The notes under the pieces were generated by a model that had not been told where the DNA came from, made no database searches, and saw nothing but the letters and a program-made list of their open reading frames with translations. A stretch of DNA of 62,374 nucleotides, the filler included, from Choristocarpus tenellus KU-1152 (taxonomy: Eukaryota > Protista > Phaeophyceae): the NCBI GenBank assembly GCA_964200185.2. It is 9 parts of 9 records of this genome, joined end to end, with 100 filler letters (N's around TTAATTAATTAA, not from the genome) between each part and the next. Parts side by side here need not be neighbours in the genome. Positions count along the whole stretch, not along the records: positions 1 to 3,244 come from CAXNAD020021306.1; positions 3,345 to 11,358 come from CAXNAD020005268.1; positions 11,459 to 14,362 come from CAXNAD020023770.1; 6 more parts are not named here. One strand, given 5' to 3'. Shown here piece after piece: positions 1 to 11,647 of this stretch (positions within the stretch are counted from its first letter, which is position 1; the number at the start of each line of letters is the position of its first letter). Both the position numbers and the translations under genes were made by a program.

Positions 1-6
1 GTTCAA

Positions 7-1309
7 AAGAAACAAGTGTATACTCGGATTAGGCCAGACAATTTAACGGAGATTGCATTGTGTGACCTTATGGACACCTTGAAGGGAGCATGGATGAATC
101 AATCACATTTGTGATTAGAGTGATTGGAACTGGGGACTCATTCATATTAGGCCATGTCAGAGATACATACTTTGTAAATTTTGAAGGTGTGTTTCAGAAA
201 GAGCAAATGTATACTCGGACTAGGCCACGGGCAATCTGACTCTGATGGTATTCTGTGACCCTTGGGAAAAATTCCCAGGTTAGACAAGGATATTTGCTGA
301 CCTTTTGGAGGGCTAGTTGGAGTTATATATTTTCTTAAATAAATGTATACTCTTATCTGGTCAGACATATATTGATCTTGACTGTGCCTTACGACTTTTG
401 AGGATCCGTTCTCAAAGGAAACGAGGGGCTTGTTGATCATTGTTGGAATCCATGGGTTAATTTGGAACTGGAGTCCCTATGTTGGAAACAACTGGCAGAG
501 TCGGAACTGAAGCCTCTATGTTACCAAAGGGCAATTATGCATGCCACCGCAGCATGATCTAAGGTGATGGATATTTACTATCCAGATAATGATTATTGCC
601 TGTGGTAAGCATGAAACAGGTAGTCCCTGCATGGAACATAGGATAGCAGAAGTTGGAACCATGAAGCAACCCACCCACATCAGAACCGATAGAAATTTAT
701 GTAAGATGTTTTTCTTTTTTTATCATTTCGTGCTTTTGAATACATTTTTTTCTGTATGCATCAGGTACCTGACCCCCTTTATTCCATGGATTTTTTTTTC
801 TCCCACTTTTATTTTATATTATTCTTTCGCTTTATTCTTGGATTTTCGTTTTTTGTACTTTTTCCATTTTTTTTCTCTATCCCTTGCTTAACGTTTTTTT
901 TTGCTCTCTTCTTTATCCGAACAGGTACCTGATCCCCTTAATTCCTTCTTTTGTTCTATCTTTCTACACTTTTTTTCTCCTTTTTTTGTTGCTGATGTTG
1001 ATGTTACTGCCTGTTTTACGCACTTGCAGCCGCCAGTGTGCTTCGTGCTTGGGGGGCAAAAGACAGGCAATAATCAGATGATACTTGGCACCTTAGGGTA
1101 GCTGTGCTGTAGAAAGAGTAAATGTATACTCCGATTAGGCTAGATACAGACAGATTTTTCCAAGTCGATAAGGATATATGTTTTGGGCCTAGAAGGAGTC
1201 AGGTTCATTTTCTTCTTTCTTTATCCTTGCCACAGGATGATCTGAGGTGATTGAAGATATCTATTACCTTTACCGGCGCCAATCGCCTGTGGTAAGCGTG
1301 AAACAAGTA
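7..1309. repeat. Degenerate local repeat cluster
   Basis: Motif AAATGTATACTC(G/C)GATTAGGC occurs in 4 variants at ~7-39, ~196-227, ~340-367 and ~1111-1146. ATGATCT(A/G)AGGTGAT...GCCTGTGGTAAGC(A/G)TGAAACA occurs at ~551-620 and ~1234-1309. CAGGTACCTGA(C/T)CCCCTT occurs at ~762 and ~922. Confidence 0.7.
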
Positions 1310-1859
1310 TTGCTAATTCACGCTGGGGGGCATGTTACAGGTGAATAGTGCGAGCATTTCTTGTGTTCCAACGAAGTGCAAGCATTTGTCACGTGCAAAT
1401 AGCGCGAGCATTTCTTCCCATGTTTTAGTAAACATGAACATTTGTGACAGACGTATAGTGTGAAGATTGTTTCTCGCGTTCTGACAAGTGCGAACAATAT
1501 ACGACATTAGTAACACATAGGTAGCCTTACAGAGTAAATGATGATTTCATAGAAGATACAGAGTAAGATTCGGAATGCATACGTAACATTACAGAAGAAA
1601 ATGTCAAAGTCCCTAAGAAGTTGCAGAAGAAAGGTTTATGATTGGAGTATGTGTAGAGCAGTTGCATAGAAGACCAAAGAAATTGGGTGGATGATGAAAA
1701 TAATAAGAGGGATTTGGGACAAAGCCATCGCACTTGCCTTCGGTCTTATCTTTTTTCTTCAACGAAACTTTGAGTTGAGCTTTGAGCTAAGCACTGAGTG
1801 GAATATCAAGAAGAGAAGGACACCTGACACCCTACAAACTGTTATCAAGGGCAACGCCC

Positions 1860-2180
1860 CCACAGCGTCGTTTTATGGTCGTTGGATTTGAGTTGTACAT
1901 CCTGTGGAGATGAGTTCTGAGGGGCATGCTGTAACACTATGTGGTTGTATGACTTGGACACTCCGCCACCACAGATCCCTGTACATTGCATCACCTCAAT
2001 TTTCTACAATTGCAGAAATAGGCTTTGCTGTATCGTTGTCACTTTGTGTGTGAAAATGGGGAATGTGCACTATTGTGCACATAAAGCAACGAAATAGTGT
2101 GTATTACACAGTATAAGAAACATAGCTTACAATGGATAAGGGTCCAAACCTGACTACCATTCAATTCGTTTGGCTCTAAA
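1860..2180 (+). pseudogene. Decayed ORF fragment of an unidentified repeated (probably transposon) protein, copy 1
   Basis: Nucleotide and peptide similarity to 4560-4625 and 5737-5900 (e.g. TACATCCTGTGGAG..AGGGGC.TGCTGTAACA; TATTGTGCA.ATA.AGCAA.GAAATA; GGGTCCAAACCTG). Contains in-frame stops and frameshifts. Confidence 0.55.
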
Positions 2181-3244
2181 TACTTAATCCGTATGGTATT
2201 GATTGTCATTTTCTATCCGATTTTACTACCTGATCACTTCCCTAATCTCGAGTCCCTTTTCTAGAGCCCATTTCTCTTCGTGGTACACCAGATTAAGTTA
2301 TTTTTTCCTTTTGTGGATGTTTCTTTGATTTTCTTCCTCGTATTGTAGTCACCATTGGGCTGAGACCTCCCCACGAACACCTTCTTTTATTTATTTTCCT
2401 CTATTTTTTGTTCTTTCTATGTTCACAATTTTGTAGGGGTTGCTGATGAGCGTGGATGTATCCCTGACATCTTGGAACATTTATCCTGAATCCTTTTACA
2501 CCAGAAAGCTTATTTTTCTTTTATATTTGCCCTTCTCTCTATTTTCTCGTGTATGTATAGTGTTGTATTGTATTTTGCCTTCCTTTGCCTTCCTTTTTGA
2601 CCTCGAACCTGAGACCTTTCACACTAATGTGAAGTAACAATAATAATGATAATATTAGTATTAATAGCATTGTATTGTGATTAGAAAAAAGAAGAAACGA
2701 GCATGTGAAGTTACAAAGTTCGGACATTTGGTTCGTCATTCCAAGTAATTGAAACTGAAGCTGATTGAACTGTCATGGCTTACAACATTTCAAAATAGTC
2801 TACATTCTGTATATAGTATGCTTGTTCGATCCATTTATTTTATGTCTCATTTTGTGTGTGATGCACAACTGGTTTCTGCAAACTCAGTCTACAGATTTCA
2901 GCAATTAATCATAGCAAGCATCCGTGCGACGAGCAAAATGCAACCCTAATTAAATTGGGGTGGAAAGCCTTTAAATTGTGCATACATTCTTGCTACATAC
3001 CCTGTTGTTGGGGCTCTTACAAGGACACGACAGAGAGGGTAATGTGGCTCATTTTTTAGGTCAAGTAATTTTCACGTCCAGCACCATCTACTACATACTA
3101 GTACTGCGTATAAATACTATGTATTTCCATGAAGGAACCGAACGAAGGGAATATATGGACACTATGCCTACCCCCCCACCCCCCCCCCCCCCCCCTCAGG
3201 GTTAACCGGTGGTTTCTTTTTGTTTTGGTGGGGGAGGAGAACAA

Positions 3245-3344
3245 NNNNNNNNNNNNNNNNNNNNNNNNNNNNNNNNNNNNNNNNNNNNTTAATTAATTAA
3301 NNNNNNNNNNNNNNNNNNNNNNNNNNNNNNNNNNNNNNNNNNNN
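3245..3344. other. Artificial contig-join linker N44-TTAATTAATTAA-N44 (first of 8)
   Basis: The identical 100-bp spacer, whose core gives stops in all six frames, recurs at 11359-11458, 14363-14462, 19096-19195, 39515-39614, 42741-42840, 51796-51895 and 56325-56424. A separate 10-N gap lies at 34330-34339. Confidence 0.98.
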
Positions 3345-3413
3345 CTTTTCCTGATTTTGGTCCAAATGGACACCCTGGTGTAGACCCCCCCCCCCTCCCA
3401 GATACTTTGGGTA
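3345..3413 (+). mobile_element. MITE family A, right end (truncated by contig edge)
   Basis: CCAAATGGACACCCTGGTGTAGAC(C)n..CAGATACTTTG matches the right end of the 4797-4978 element. Confidence 0.75.
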
Positions 3414-4559
3414 TTTTTGTAGTAGCTTGCTATTCAAAGTAATCGTAGCAATAACTGATAAGTTGTGGAAATTTCCAGAATTTCATCAGTGCATATAGTG
3501 TCCAAGCTTTGTTCATACAAGACAAACGCAGCAAAATTCTTCATGCATAAGACTCCACAAGGCAAAGTTCCTATAGCGTTCATACGCTACTTGTGCAAAT
3601 ATAACACATGTATGTGCCTTATGGACCTCAAGTACTTTATATCCCCCCCCACACAATCCCCCGATAAAAGTCCCCAACAAAGCCAGAGAAGAAGCATTAC
3701 ATCTAGCAGATCCAAGTTCATGGTTCTGAAATATCACTATGTCCTTAATGCTCAAATCCTATTTAATACTATACACAGTAGAAGTGTAAGTGTTGTCTTT
3801 CATTTTGCCTATCAAGCGCCTTTTCTGATGCATTGAGCAACCACTACTAGCAACGTAAAAGCAAGAAATATACACGATCGATAGCTACCTGTCCAATACG
3901 AGGAAGAATCAATATGCAGCCAGCACCGATTAAAAATAGTGTGGGGACGATTTACCTATGTTAGAACTTTCCGTATAAGTGACACAGTCTCTCGTCGAGT
4001 GTATAGCTGTGGAGTCACAAAATAAATACTTTCTGGACAGCAAGGAACAAAGGTGGACGAATAAGGCTACCTTTTAATAGGATCGGAATATTCTGTAGAT
4101 ACTTCCTGTGCGTGCTAGATGTGTCTTAGAGGAGCAATCCATGAAAAAAAACTGTGCACTTTTACACTACTGTATATGTACAGTGAAAAAAAATTACAAA
4201 TCCTCATGAGAGATATTTCCATTTATCAGGTACCTCGCCAAGTCACCATGTCTTATCAAGTGAGGACAAGTTGGACTACCATGACCCCTATTTTTCGTTA
4301 AATCAAATGGGTCAGCTACTACTATTGATATATTTATGGATAGTTGAAGTGTTACAGGCGATATGATGACAGTTTCATGAACACCATTATAACCTTGAAG
4401 TCCTAGATTTGATATATGTTGTACTTCTTGACTATTTATTTATTATTCAGTTATTATCATATTTTTAGATGGGACTTAGAAAGGGAATAATCCAAGTGAG
4501 AGATCCAGCATACTTGACGACTTGTCCATCAGGAGTCCTATACGTGCATCATCGTCATA

Positions 4560-5900
4560 TATAGGCTCGTGGACTGGAGCTATACATCCTGTGGAGGTAA
4601 GCTTCAGGGGCGTGCTGTAACAGAAGAGGCCTACAGCTATCAAGATCTAACTTGTGCATTACAAAAACACGTTTCACAGAGAAGCTAGTTAGGATCATAT
4701 GCTGAATGTCGCTCATAGAAAGAATATTACCATGTAATACACGAGGAAAACAAATTGGTGGGCTGGACTCCCCCACTTGAATTCTTGAATATCAAAGGCT
4801 CAAAGTATCTGGGGGGAGGGGTGAAGGCTTTCCATTCGGGGCACAATTTTCCATGTCACGATTTTTGGGTGATTTGGTTGCATGCGTTGGATGGATAGTG
4901 TAGGTCTACTTCTCCTGGTCAGGGTCCGAATGGATACCCTGGTGTAAACTCCCCCCCCCCCCCCAGATGCTTTGACCCAAACATTTGCTTGTGTTGCTCT
5001 TTCAAATATCTTCATGGTCATACCCTTATTGAGCTCCTTCTACATACTCCATACATTGTATTGAAATTGATGGGTTTTTTTGGGGGGGTGCGAGTCATTA
5101 TGTGATTTGATCTCACGAGTCACTTGTGATTTGTCATGGAATTTAAATTGTGGGTGGAGTCATTTAACGATTGCAAAGGGAACCAAACCTGTTACATCAC
5201 AACGCAGGTGGTTTTAATTTCTAAGTGCACGATCGTGGAGGATATAGGCGTGGTTGGTACAATGGATACAGTTTTTGGTCATTATTATGCCTTCAATATG
5301 CACAACAGTGAGTCGCACGAACCATTCACTTTCCGTGATGCTATTCAGAGGGATTGTTGATGGGTACTTTCCTGTGCTTGCACCCAATGCCACACAGAGG
5401 CAAGATGAGTAAGTCTCAGGGATATTTGACTTAGTTTGCACTCCATAGCCTTCGCAACCGATGTTCTCTAGCAGTCTGGCACTCTTTTCCCCTCTGTTAG
5501 TACCCTTTGCTCCCAGAGTGATGAGGTTCGTTGGGATGTGCCAGGAAATGTTTTGCAGGCAATCGTACCAAGTAAACCTCTTTCGTGACCCACCTTCTGG
5601 CACTCAAAAAAGACAATGTGAGGGTGTGGTTCAAGGTCTGAGTCAAACCAACCGAGAGGTAGACGGGGCTGCATTTTAAGGATCCCGAGAAAGGACATTT
5701 TTTTTTTTTGCAGTTGGATGAAGAGCCTTCGCTGAATTGTGGTATCACCTTGTGTGTGGACAGGGGAAGTATCAATTTTGGATACAATATTGTGCAAATA
5801 TAGCAATGAAATATAGTGTATTGCGTAGGTTAGGCAAAAGATGCCTCAGAATGCAAATGGGTCCAAACCTGCCAGGCTCTCAATTGACGTGGCTCTCTCT
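4560..5900 (+). pseudogene. Decayed ORF fragment of the same family, copy 2, interrupted by a MITE and other sequence
   Basis: Segments 4560-4625 (GSWTGAIHPVEVS) and 5737-5900 (YHLVCGQG...YCANIAMKYSVL...GPNLPGSQLTWL) match copy 1 in the same order. Confidence 0.5.
4797..4978 (+). mobile_element. MITE family A (~180 bp, Sola-like), complete copy
   Basis: Terminal inverted repeats GGCTCAAAGTATCTGGGGGG / CCCCCCAGATGCTTTGACCC. The internal sequence aligns with the reverse complement of 42886-43060. Non-coding; target-site duplication not clean. Confidence 0.8.
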
Positions 5901-8900
5901 TGTACGTGAGCGCATATGGCCCAGGGTTTTCCCTTCATTGAAGATTGTTTAAGACGAGGGTGGTTTGAGCTGCCACATCCAATTGGCCGAGCTGGGAAGT
6001 GTTGCCTGCAGTCCATTCGTGTAGCTGCGTTTGTATCTGCGGCTGAGATTAATGCGTGGTGAACATGCTCTCAACTTTCCCCCCTGGGTATTGCTTGCAA
6101 CAATTTCCTCTTGTGTGTTTGGTGCCAGCACCTCATGTTGGAAATAATTTCTGTGCGATTTCTCAATGGAATTGCACACGTCAAGAGAGTTGTACGCACG
6201 CATGTATGTGGCAAAACTGCTGTTGAGCGATAATAATGCCGTGAAGTATTCCTGTGTTTCACTTACAATAAGTGCAACAGGCTGCTGCCGACTTTGTATG
6301 GTCAGGGTGAGGTACGACATGGTGCAGTCCTGTGAATGGGTGTCAGCAGGGGGCTGCCACACGGGGGAAAGGGGATGGGGAAGTTCTTCCAGTAAGTTGT
6401 CACAGTGCTTCAACAGTCCCTGCCTGGAGGAGGAATATTTGGGAGGTTTTGTCAGAGTGAACCTGTTGGAGACTGAGCTTGGGAGACAAGTGGAGAAGGA
6501 GAACACTCGGCACAAAGCAGACACAGTGCTGGAGAAGCATCTGGAGGAAAGAAAGGCGCAGGGACGGGGCTATGTGTGATATGTGGATTGGTGAAAAGAG
6601 AGAAGTGCTTCACCAGCTAGCAGGGACGGTGCTATCCAGCAGAGTAAGAAGCAATGGCACAGGGTGAGATTATGTCTAGGTATAGAGAGGGAGTGCTAGT
6701 GTTTGTGTGTTTGTGTGCGTGTGTCTGTGCAAAATTGCATGATGGAGTCAACTGTATACCTGCAGTTGTGGGGTCTGTGCTCATAATTTTGACTAGGGAA
6801 TTCTAAATGAATACAAAGTATTAATACACAACAGTCGTCAGCAGTGAAGGCATCACAGCGCAGGATCCTGGCAGACAGCATAAAATTCCACTTTCCAGGT
6901 CAACCATCCCCTTAACAATCTTGAACTTTTATGAACTATTGATAGTTTGGCTTGAGGTACGAAGGGAAGGGGAGGGCGGGGACCGCCAACAGATGCAAAT
7001 ATCCACTTCTTCGTGTCAAAATACAAGTCCTAACATTTCAAAAGGATCGCAATATTCAGTATTTGCGATACCTCACCTTCTATACACCTGTCGCTTCCTA
7101 ATTCGAAAAGTATGTGGTCTACGATACCATATATCTTAACGTTGTAGGTTTATTTACTACTTTTAGTAGTATTTGTTCGAGTTTATACTATTCGTACAAG
7201 AGAACATTTCAGAAATCGAACCGTTATAACTTGGAATAAAAAAGTGAAACAACATATTTTTATCTTTGTGTTAACCTTCCTATCCGTTACAATTCCTAGT
7301 TTGCGCTGTTACATCTTTACAACTTTTTCTTCGACGAGGACGCTTTTTCTGTGACCACAATTTGTGTACTCTAAAAAGGTTCGTAGTTCCTTTAACTACA
7401 CCCCTTCCAAGTATAGGGTCAAAAAGGAGGACAAAGTCCGTAGGAACAGCCTATCATCGCTGCTGGTTTCCGATTCTTTCTTGATGGGGTATGGAATATC
7501 TTAGAGGACTAATTCCTAGAAGCTAATGTTGTCACGTGATGAGGTTATGGTATCTGAAGAATGATATAATTGCCAACATCAAAAGAGAACTGAGTGAAGA
7601 ACAAATGACAGAGAGTTTGCATTAGTTACCACAAGTACAAAGTAAAGGAAAAGGCAAGGAACAGAAGGTAGCAGACTGACATCAACAACAGAGAGTGCGG
7701 TTATTTCTCCTCCATGACCCATGAGAACTCACCTACAAAAATGTCAAGTGGGTATAAAATACTACCTGTTCTCAGCTACTTTGTGGGAGAAGTTGCGTTG
7801 AGAATAGATCAATAAAATGAACTGAAAAAGACCCTTTCGTTTCGGTAGTTCTTCTGAGGAAATACGTTAATATATGGTTGTATGTGACTGGCATGTACCT
7901 TCGACCTTCAGTTCACAGAAATAAGAGATAGACCTCGTAAGACCTTGAGCTTGGCAAACTCCTCCCCGCACGTTTTTCGAGTCGCGAAAATCTTAGATTG
8001 TCCCTTCTCGAGAAATAGTCTAGATCGTGAAGGTCGCTGCCTTTCTCCTATCACCAGTTGTCGCTAATACTCTCAGTTTAGCCTTGTATGATGTTTACTT
8101 TAAGAAGAACTACACCAAAACTCTGAGTAATGCCGTTAATCTCAAAAGTACTGTCATTTGCAACCTAGTATCATCTATGATCTGCTCTGTCCATACAACT
8201 TGCTCCCTCCATCCATCCCGAAGCTCGTCGACACACTATTATGTACGATTTACGTCAATAGTCACGATTGAAGTCATTACGCTGAAAACTCCTTCTCAGT
8301 CTGTTCGGATGGGTTGATGAAGGGTGAAGGTTCGGATTTGTCATTAATTTGATCTCGAGTTTATCGTCAGCAAACGATGACATACATATACCCACAACCA
8401 AAACATCGCGAGGTCTCGCGTTGCTATGGTTGTACTTTTGTTTTCTATTTTGAAGTCTAGTCTTCTGGAAATCTCTCTACATGTATGTCCCCATACTAAA
8501 AACTCTTAGACCTCTTCCTTGTTCTAGGGTTTGAGCAGTAGAGATTGGAGATCAATGAAGTTGACAAGTGTCAAGGGAGTTGTTAGCATGTACGTTTGCA
8601 CTAACACGTTCACAAAACAAACAAAGGTCAGTCTTATAAGTTTTTGGAACCTAAATAGAACCTTCATATAGAACTACTTTTATAGGACAGGTTGGTGTGT
8701 TGAGTGTGAAGAGTGGAGACCTCAGTTTGTTTTTCCCGACTGGACCTGGGGTAAACCACTGGATATTCACGAGGGATTCTTGTGGCGGAAAGATTCAACC
8801 ACAACTCAGATAGATTTTTGATTAAATATTATTGTACTATTTTATATTATTGCGACCACGTTGTCAAAGCTTAGTAGTTCAAGAGATGTACAGTCATAGA

Positions 8901-11297
8901 GTAGAACCATACACCCAATCTTCACCCAAAGGAATGCGTTGTTTGGTTGTAGGGTTTTTACCTTGTTTGAGTACACTAGAGGAAAAAATTGGAGTACAAA
9001 GTTTCAACTTCTCCGACACAAGGGAGACTTGAGGTCGGAGCTGTCGGCAGGTGTTGGCGGGGCGTTGTCTAGGTTAAACGGGAATTTATCCATTCTTGAT
9101 GGTGAGGGATTTGAGGTCCAAAACTGGTCATTGAACTACTTCCGCTTGTGGAGAGGGGAAGAGATTTGGGAATGAGGAGGGGACTGGATCAGGGAAGGAA
9201 CAGGGAGGAAGGGGGAGACTTGAGGCTTGAGGATGTTGCGCGTTCTAGAAATGTATGGAATATACTGAATCAACAGTTCCTGTGATCAAATGGTGGACAA
9301 TGGGCCTGTAGTGTAGTATAGATAGCCAGCATTCACAAGCACTGTTGTTTAGTACCCCATCGCACTATTCGCACCCTCGCCGACACATTGACCTGGGAAA
9401 TAAACCTGTTTTGTCTATGAATTTGGATTAAGGTTGTACATTACTGACTGTCGACGTTATGTGTTGTTTAAATTTGTCAAAGGTCGGGCCAGGGGCAGTA
9501 TGGGTACTTGCAACCGCTGGGATGGTCACATATAGTCGTGTATGTCATGAACACATTTATATATCTCTCCAAAACCTCAAATCTCGTGCCATCACAGTGC
9601 TTGGGTGAGCATTCGCTTGGCTTTACTTGCTGACCTGCGAAGGACGCCCAAAGGCGACGTGGCACTGTAAAATCCCAAGATCCAAGGTTGTAGTTTGCCC
9701 AGGAGCTGGACGTGGCAGTGACGTGGACAAATATTAGTCATGTTTGCAGTTGATCTGGCTGGACATGGCGTTGTCCGTGACCTTGGCTTCCCGCCTTATC
9801 CTGTCTTCGTTATTAGTGTTGCTCAGCCCGTGCAAAGGTGAGGATTGGCGGATGTGATATTGATGTACGAGCATCATGATCGTGCACATATGCGTGCTTC
9901 GAGGTGTATGAAGAAGTTGGCGTTGTCTTTGTTTCGAAAGCGATAGTCTTAGGCTGCGCGTGATCGCGAAATATGATACGAAGATACAGAGATAGCAAGG
10001 AGACAAATGCACTGTCTGCCTGGTCCATATTCGGTAGTAAGCCTTTTCAAATAAAGATCAATATCTTATTCGCCATTGCAACTCGGTTGTCGCTATCTCA
10101 GGATTCAAATTATCCTCCCAGACCCTTTCTTTTTGTACTCGCCAATTAGTTGTTAATCAGTGCCTGTTCCCAAGTCTTTTACTTTGAAATGCGCACTCCT
10201 TCCTACTATACAACGGCTGATTTGTTCCTCCCGATGAACGTGTAGATCAGTGGAACCTACAGCTTGAAGCTATATCCTGACAAAAGGAAGTTGGTTTAAT
10301 GCGAATTTTGATCGGTTTTTCTGTCACAGAACAAGCTTTGGCAATGAGCTGCTGATTGCCGTTTATCTGCAACTCAGTTCTGTCATGATTTTAGTGCACT
10401 TGCAGTTTCTCAGGGAGAGAGAAGCTATATGAGGAGTTGATACACTCAACTCGAAATGTTGGTTTTAGATTCTCGATATTTTTCTGTCCACATTGAACGA
10501 AGCCAGGGGTTTCGCATATCCTCCTTGATCTGTGTCAGCTTGTGCAGAATATTTGTGTATATCTATGATTCCTCAACTGAACTTATGACTTGAGCAAAAC
10601 AAGGTTCTTATCCAAGAAGCACTGTACCTGGGATATCAGAATCGGTGAAGCCTGATTGGACCTGTAGCTTAAGCTAAATCTTGGTCTGATACCTCGACCC
10701 CATTGCTCGAACGGGATCCAAATGCAACCTTCAACCCGGAGTTGATCCTTGCACCTAGACTGGAGGTCCCACCAAGGATAAGAGTAGAAGTTGTAGTGTG
10801 TGTCTATGGATTTGGTATAGTTAATTGTGTTCTGTTTCTGTGGAATGCACAGAGGAAAACAATAGAAGAGTGCATGGTGTTTATTAAATTTAATACTATT
10901 GTTATTATTATGGTTGATATTGATTGTAGTGGGGAAAGTTTTTGACTCGAAATAGATTCTGCGTTGATGGTGAAATGAACCTCTTCTAAAATTTGAGAGG
11001 CGTACCTGTCGTTCAGTGGAGGGTCCGGTTCCCTTGCACACACACTTCTGTACGCAACACCCCTTCCCCCACCTCCTTCTTACACGTATCATGGTTGGAT
11101 TCGAAGTATGGTGGGAGAGTGCTGCCGTAGTCACGTTCACGGTTCGGATCATTGTGCCCTCCCCCTCACCCTTCTGAGTCTCTCCGCCCGCCCCCTAGAT
11201 GTCCTTGCTCTCGCTGTCTGAAACAAAAATGAGAGTTAGCTCTTCTCGATCGACATTGGCAGGAGGAGGGGCAGTATGTTGGAATATCGTCCATCCT

Positions 11298-11334
<37 letters not shown>

Positions 11335-11458
11335 ATTTTTTTTTTTATTTTTGTTTTTNNNNNNNNNNNNNNNNNNNNNNNNNNNNNNNNNNNNNNNNNN
11401 NNTTAATTAATTAANNNNNNNNNNNNNNNNNNNNNNNNNNNNNNNNNNNNNNNNNNNN

Positions 11459-11647
11459 TGGTTTGTCGTCAAATGTGGGGAGGTGTGGTAATCGGTGACG
11501 AAGGGCGTTGGCACTGGTTGGTCAGAGAATGGGATGGCTGGCAATCAGTGACAAAGGGCATTTGCACTGGTTGGTCATCAAATGTGGGGATGGCTGGCAA
11601 TCAGTGACGAAGGGCATTCGCACTGGTTGGTCATCAAATAATGGGGA
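11459..11647. repeat. Minisatellite, ~53-56 bp unit, ~3.4 copies at contig start
   Basis: The unit TGGTTGGTCATCAAATGTGGGGATGGCTGGCAATCAGTGACGAAGGGCATTCGCAC repeats with small variants. Confidence 0.9.

Noticed and set aside
3289-3300. Recurrent palindromic TTAATTAATTAA
   Set aside because: Always centred in identical N spacers, so it is an artificial linker. ORFs ending in '...LIN' are artefacts of it.
5949-6579. Overlapping 191-aa (-) and 137-aa (+) ORFs
   Set aside because: No recognisable motif and no consistent splice model, so I cannot support a CDS call.
9477-9665. CDHPSGCKYP resembling an EsV-1-7 cysteine repeat
   Set aside because: Single partial match lacking the rest of the repeat pattern.
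11459-11647. Possible CRISPR array
   Set aside because: Contiguous tandem units without unique spacers, no cas genes, eukaryotic context.
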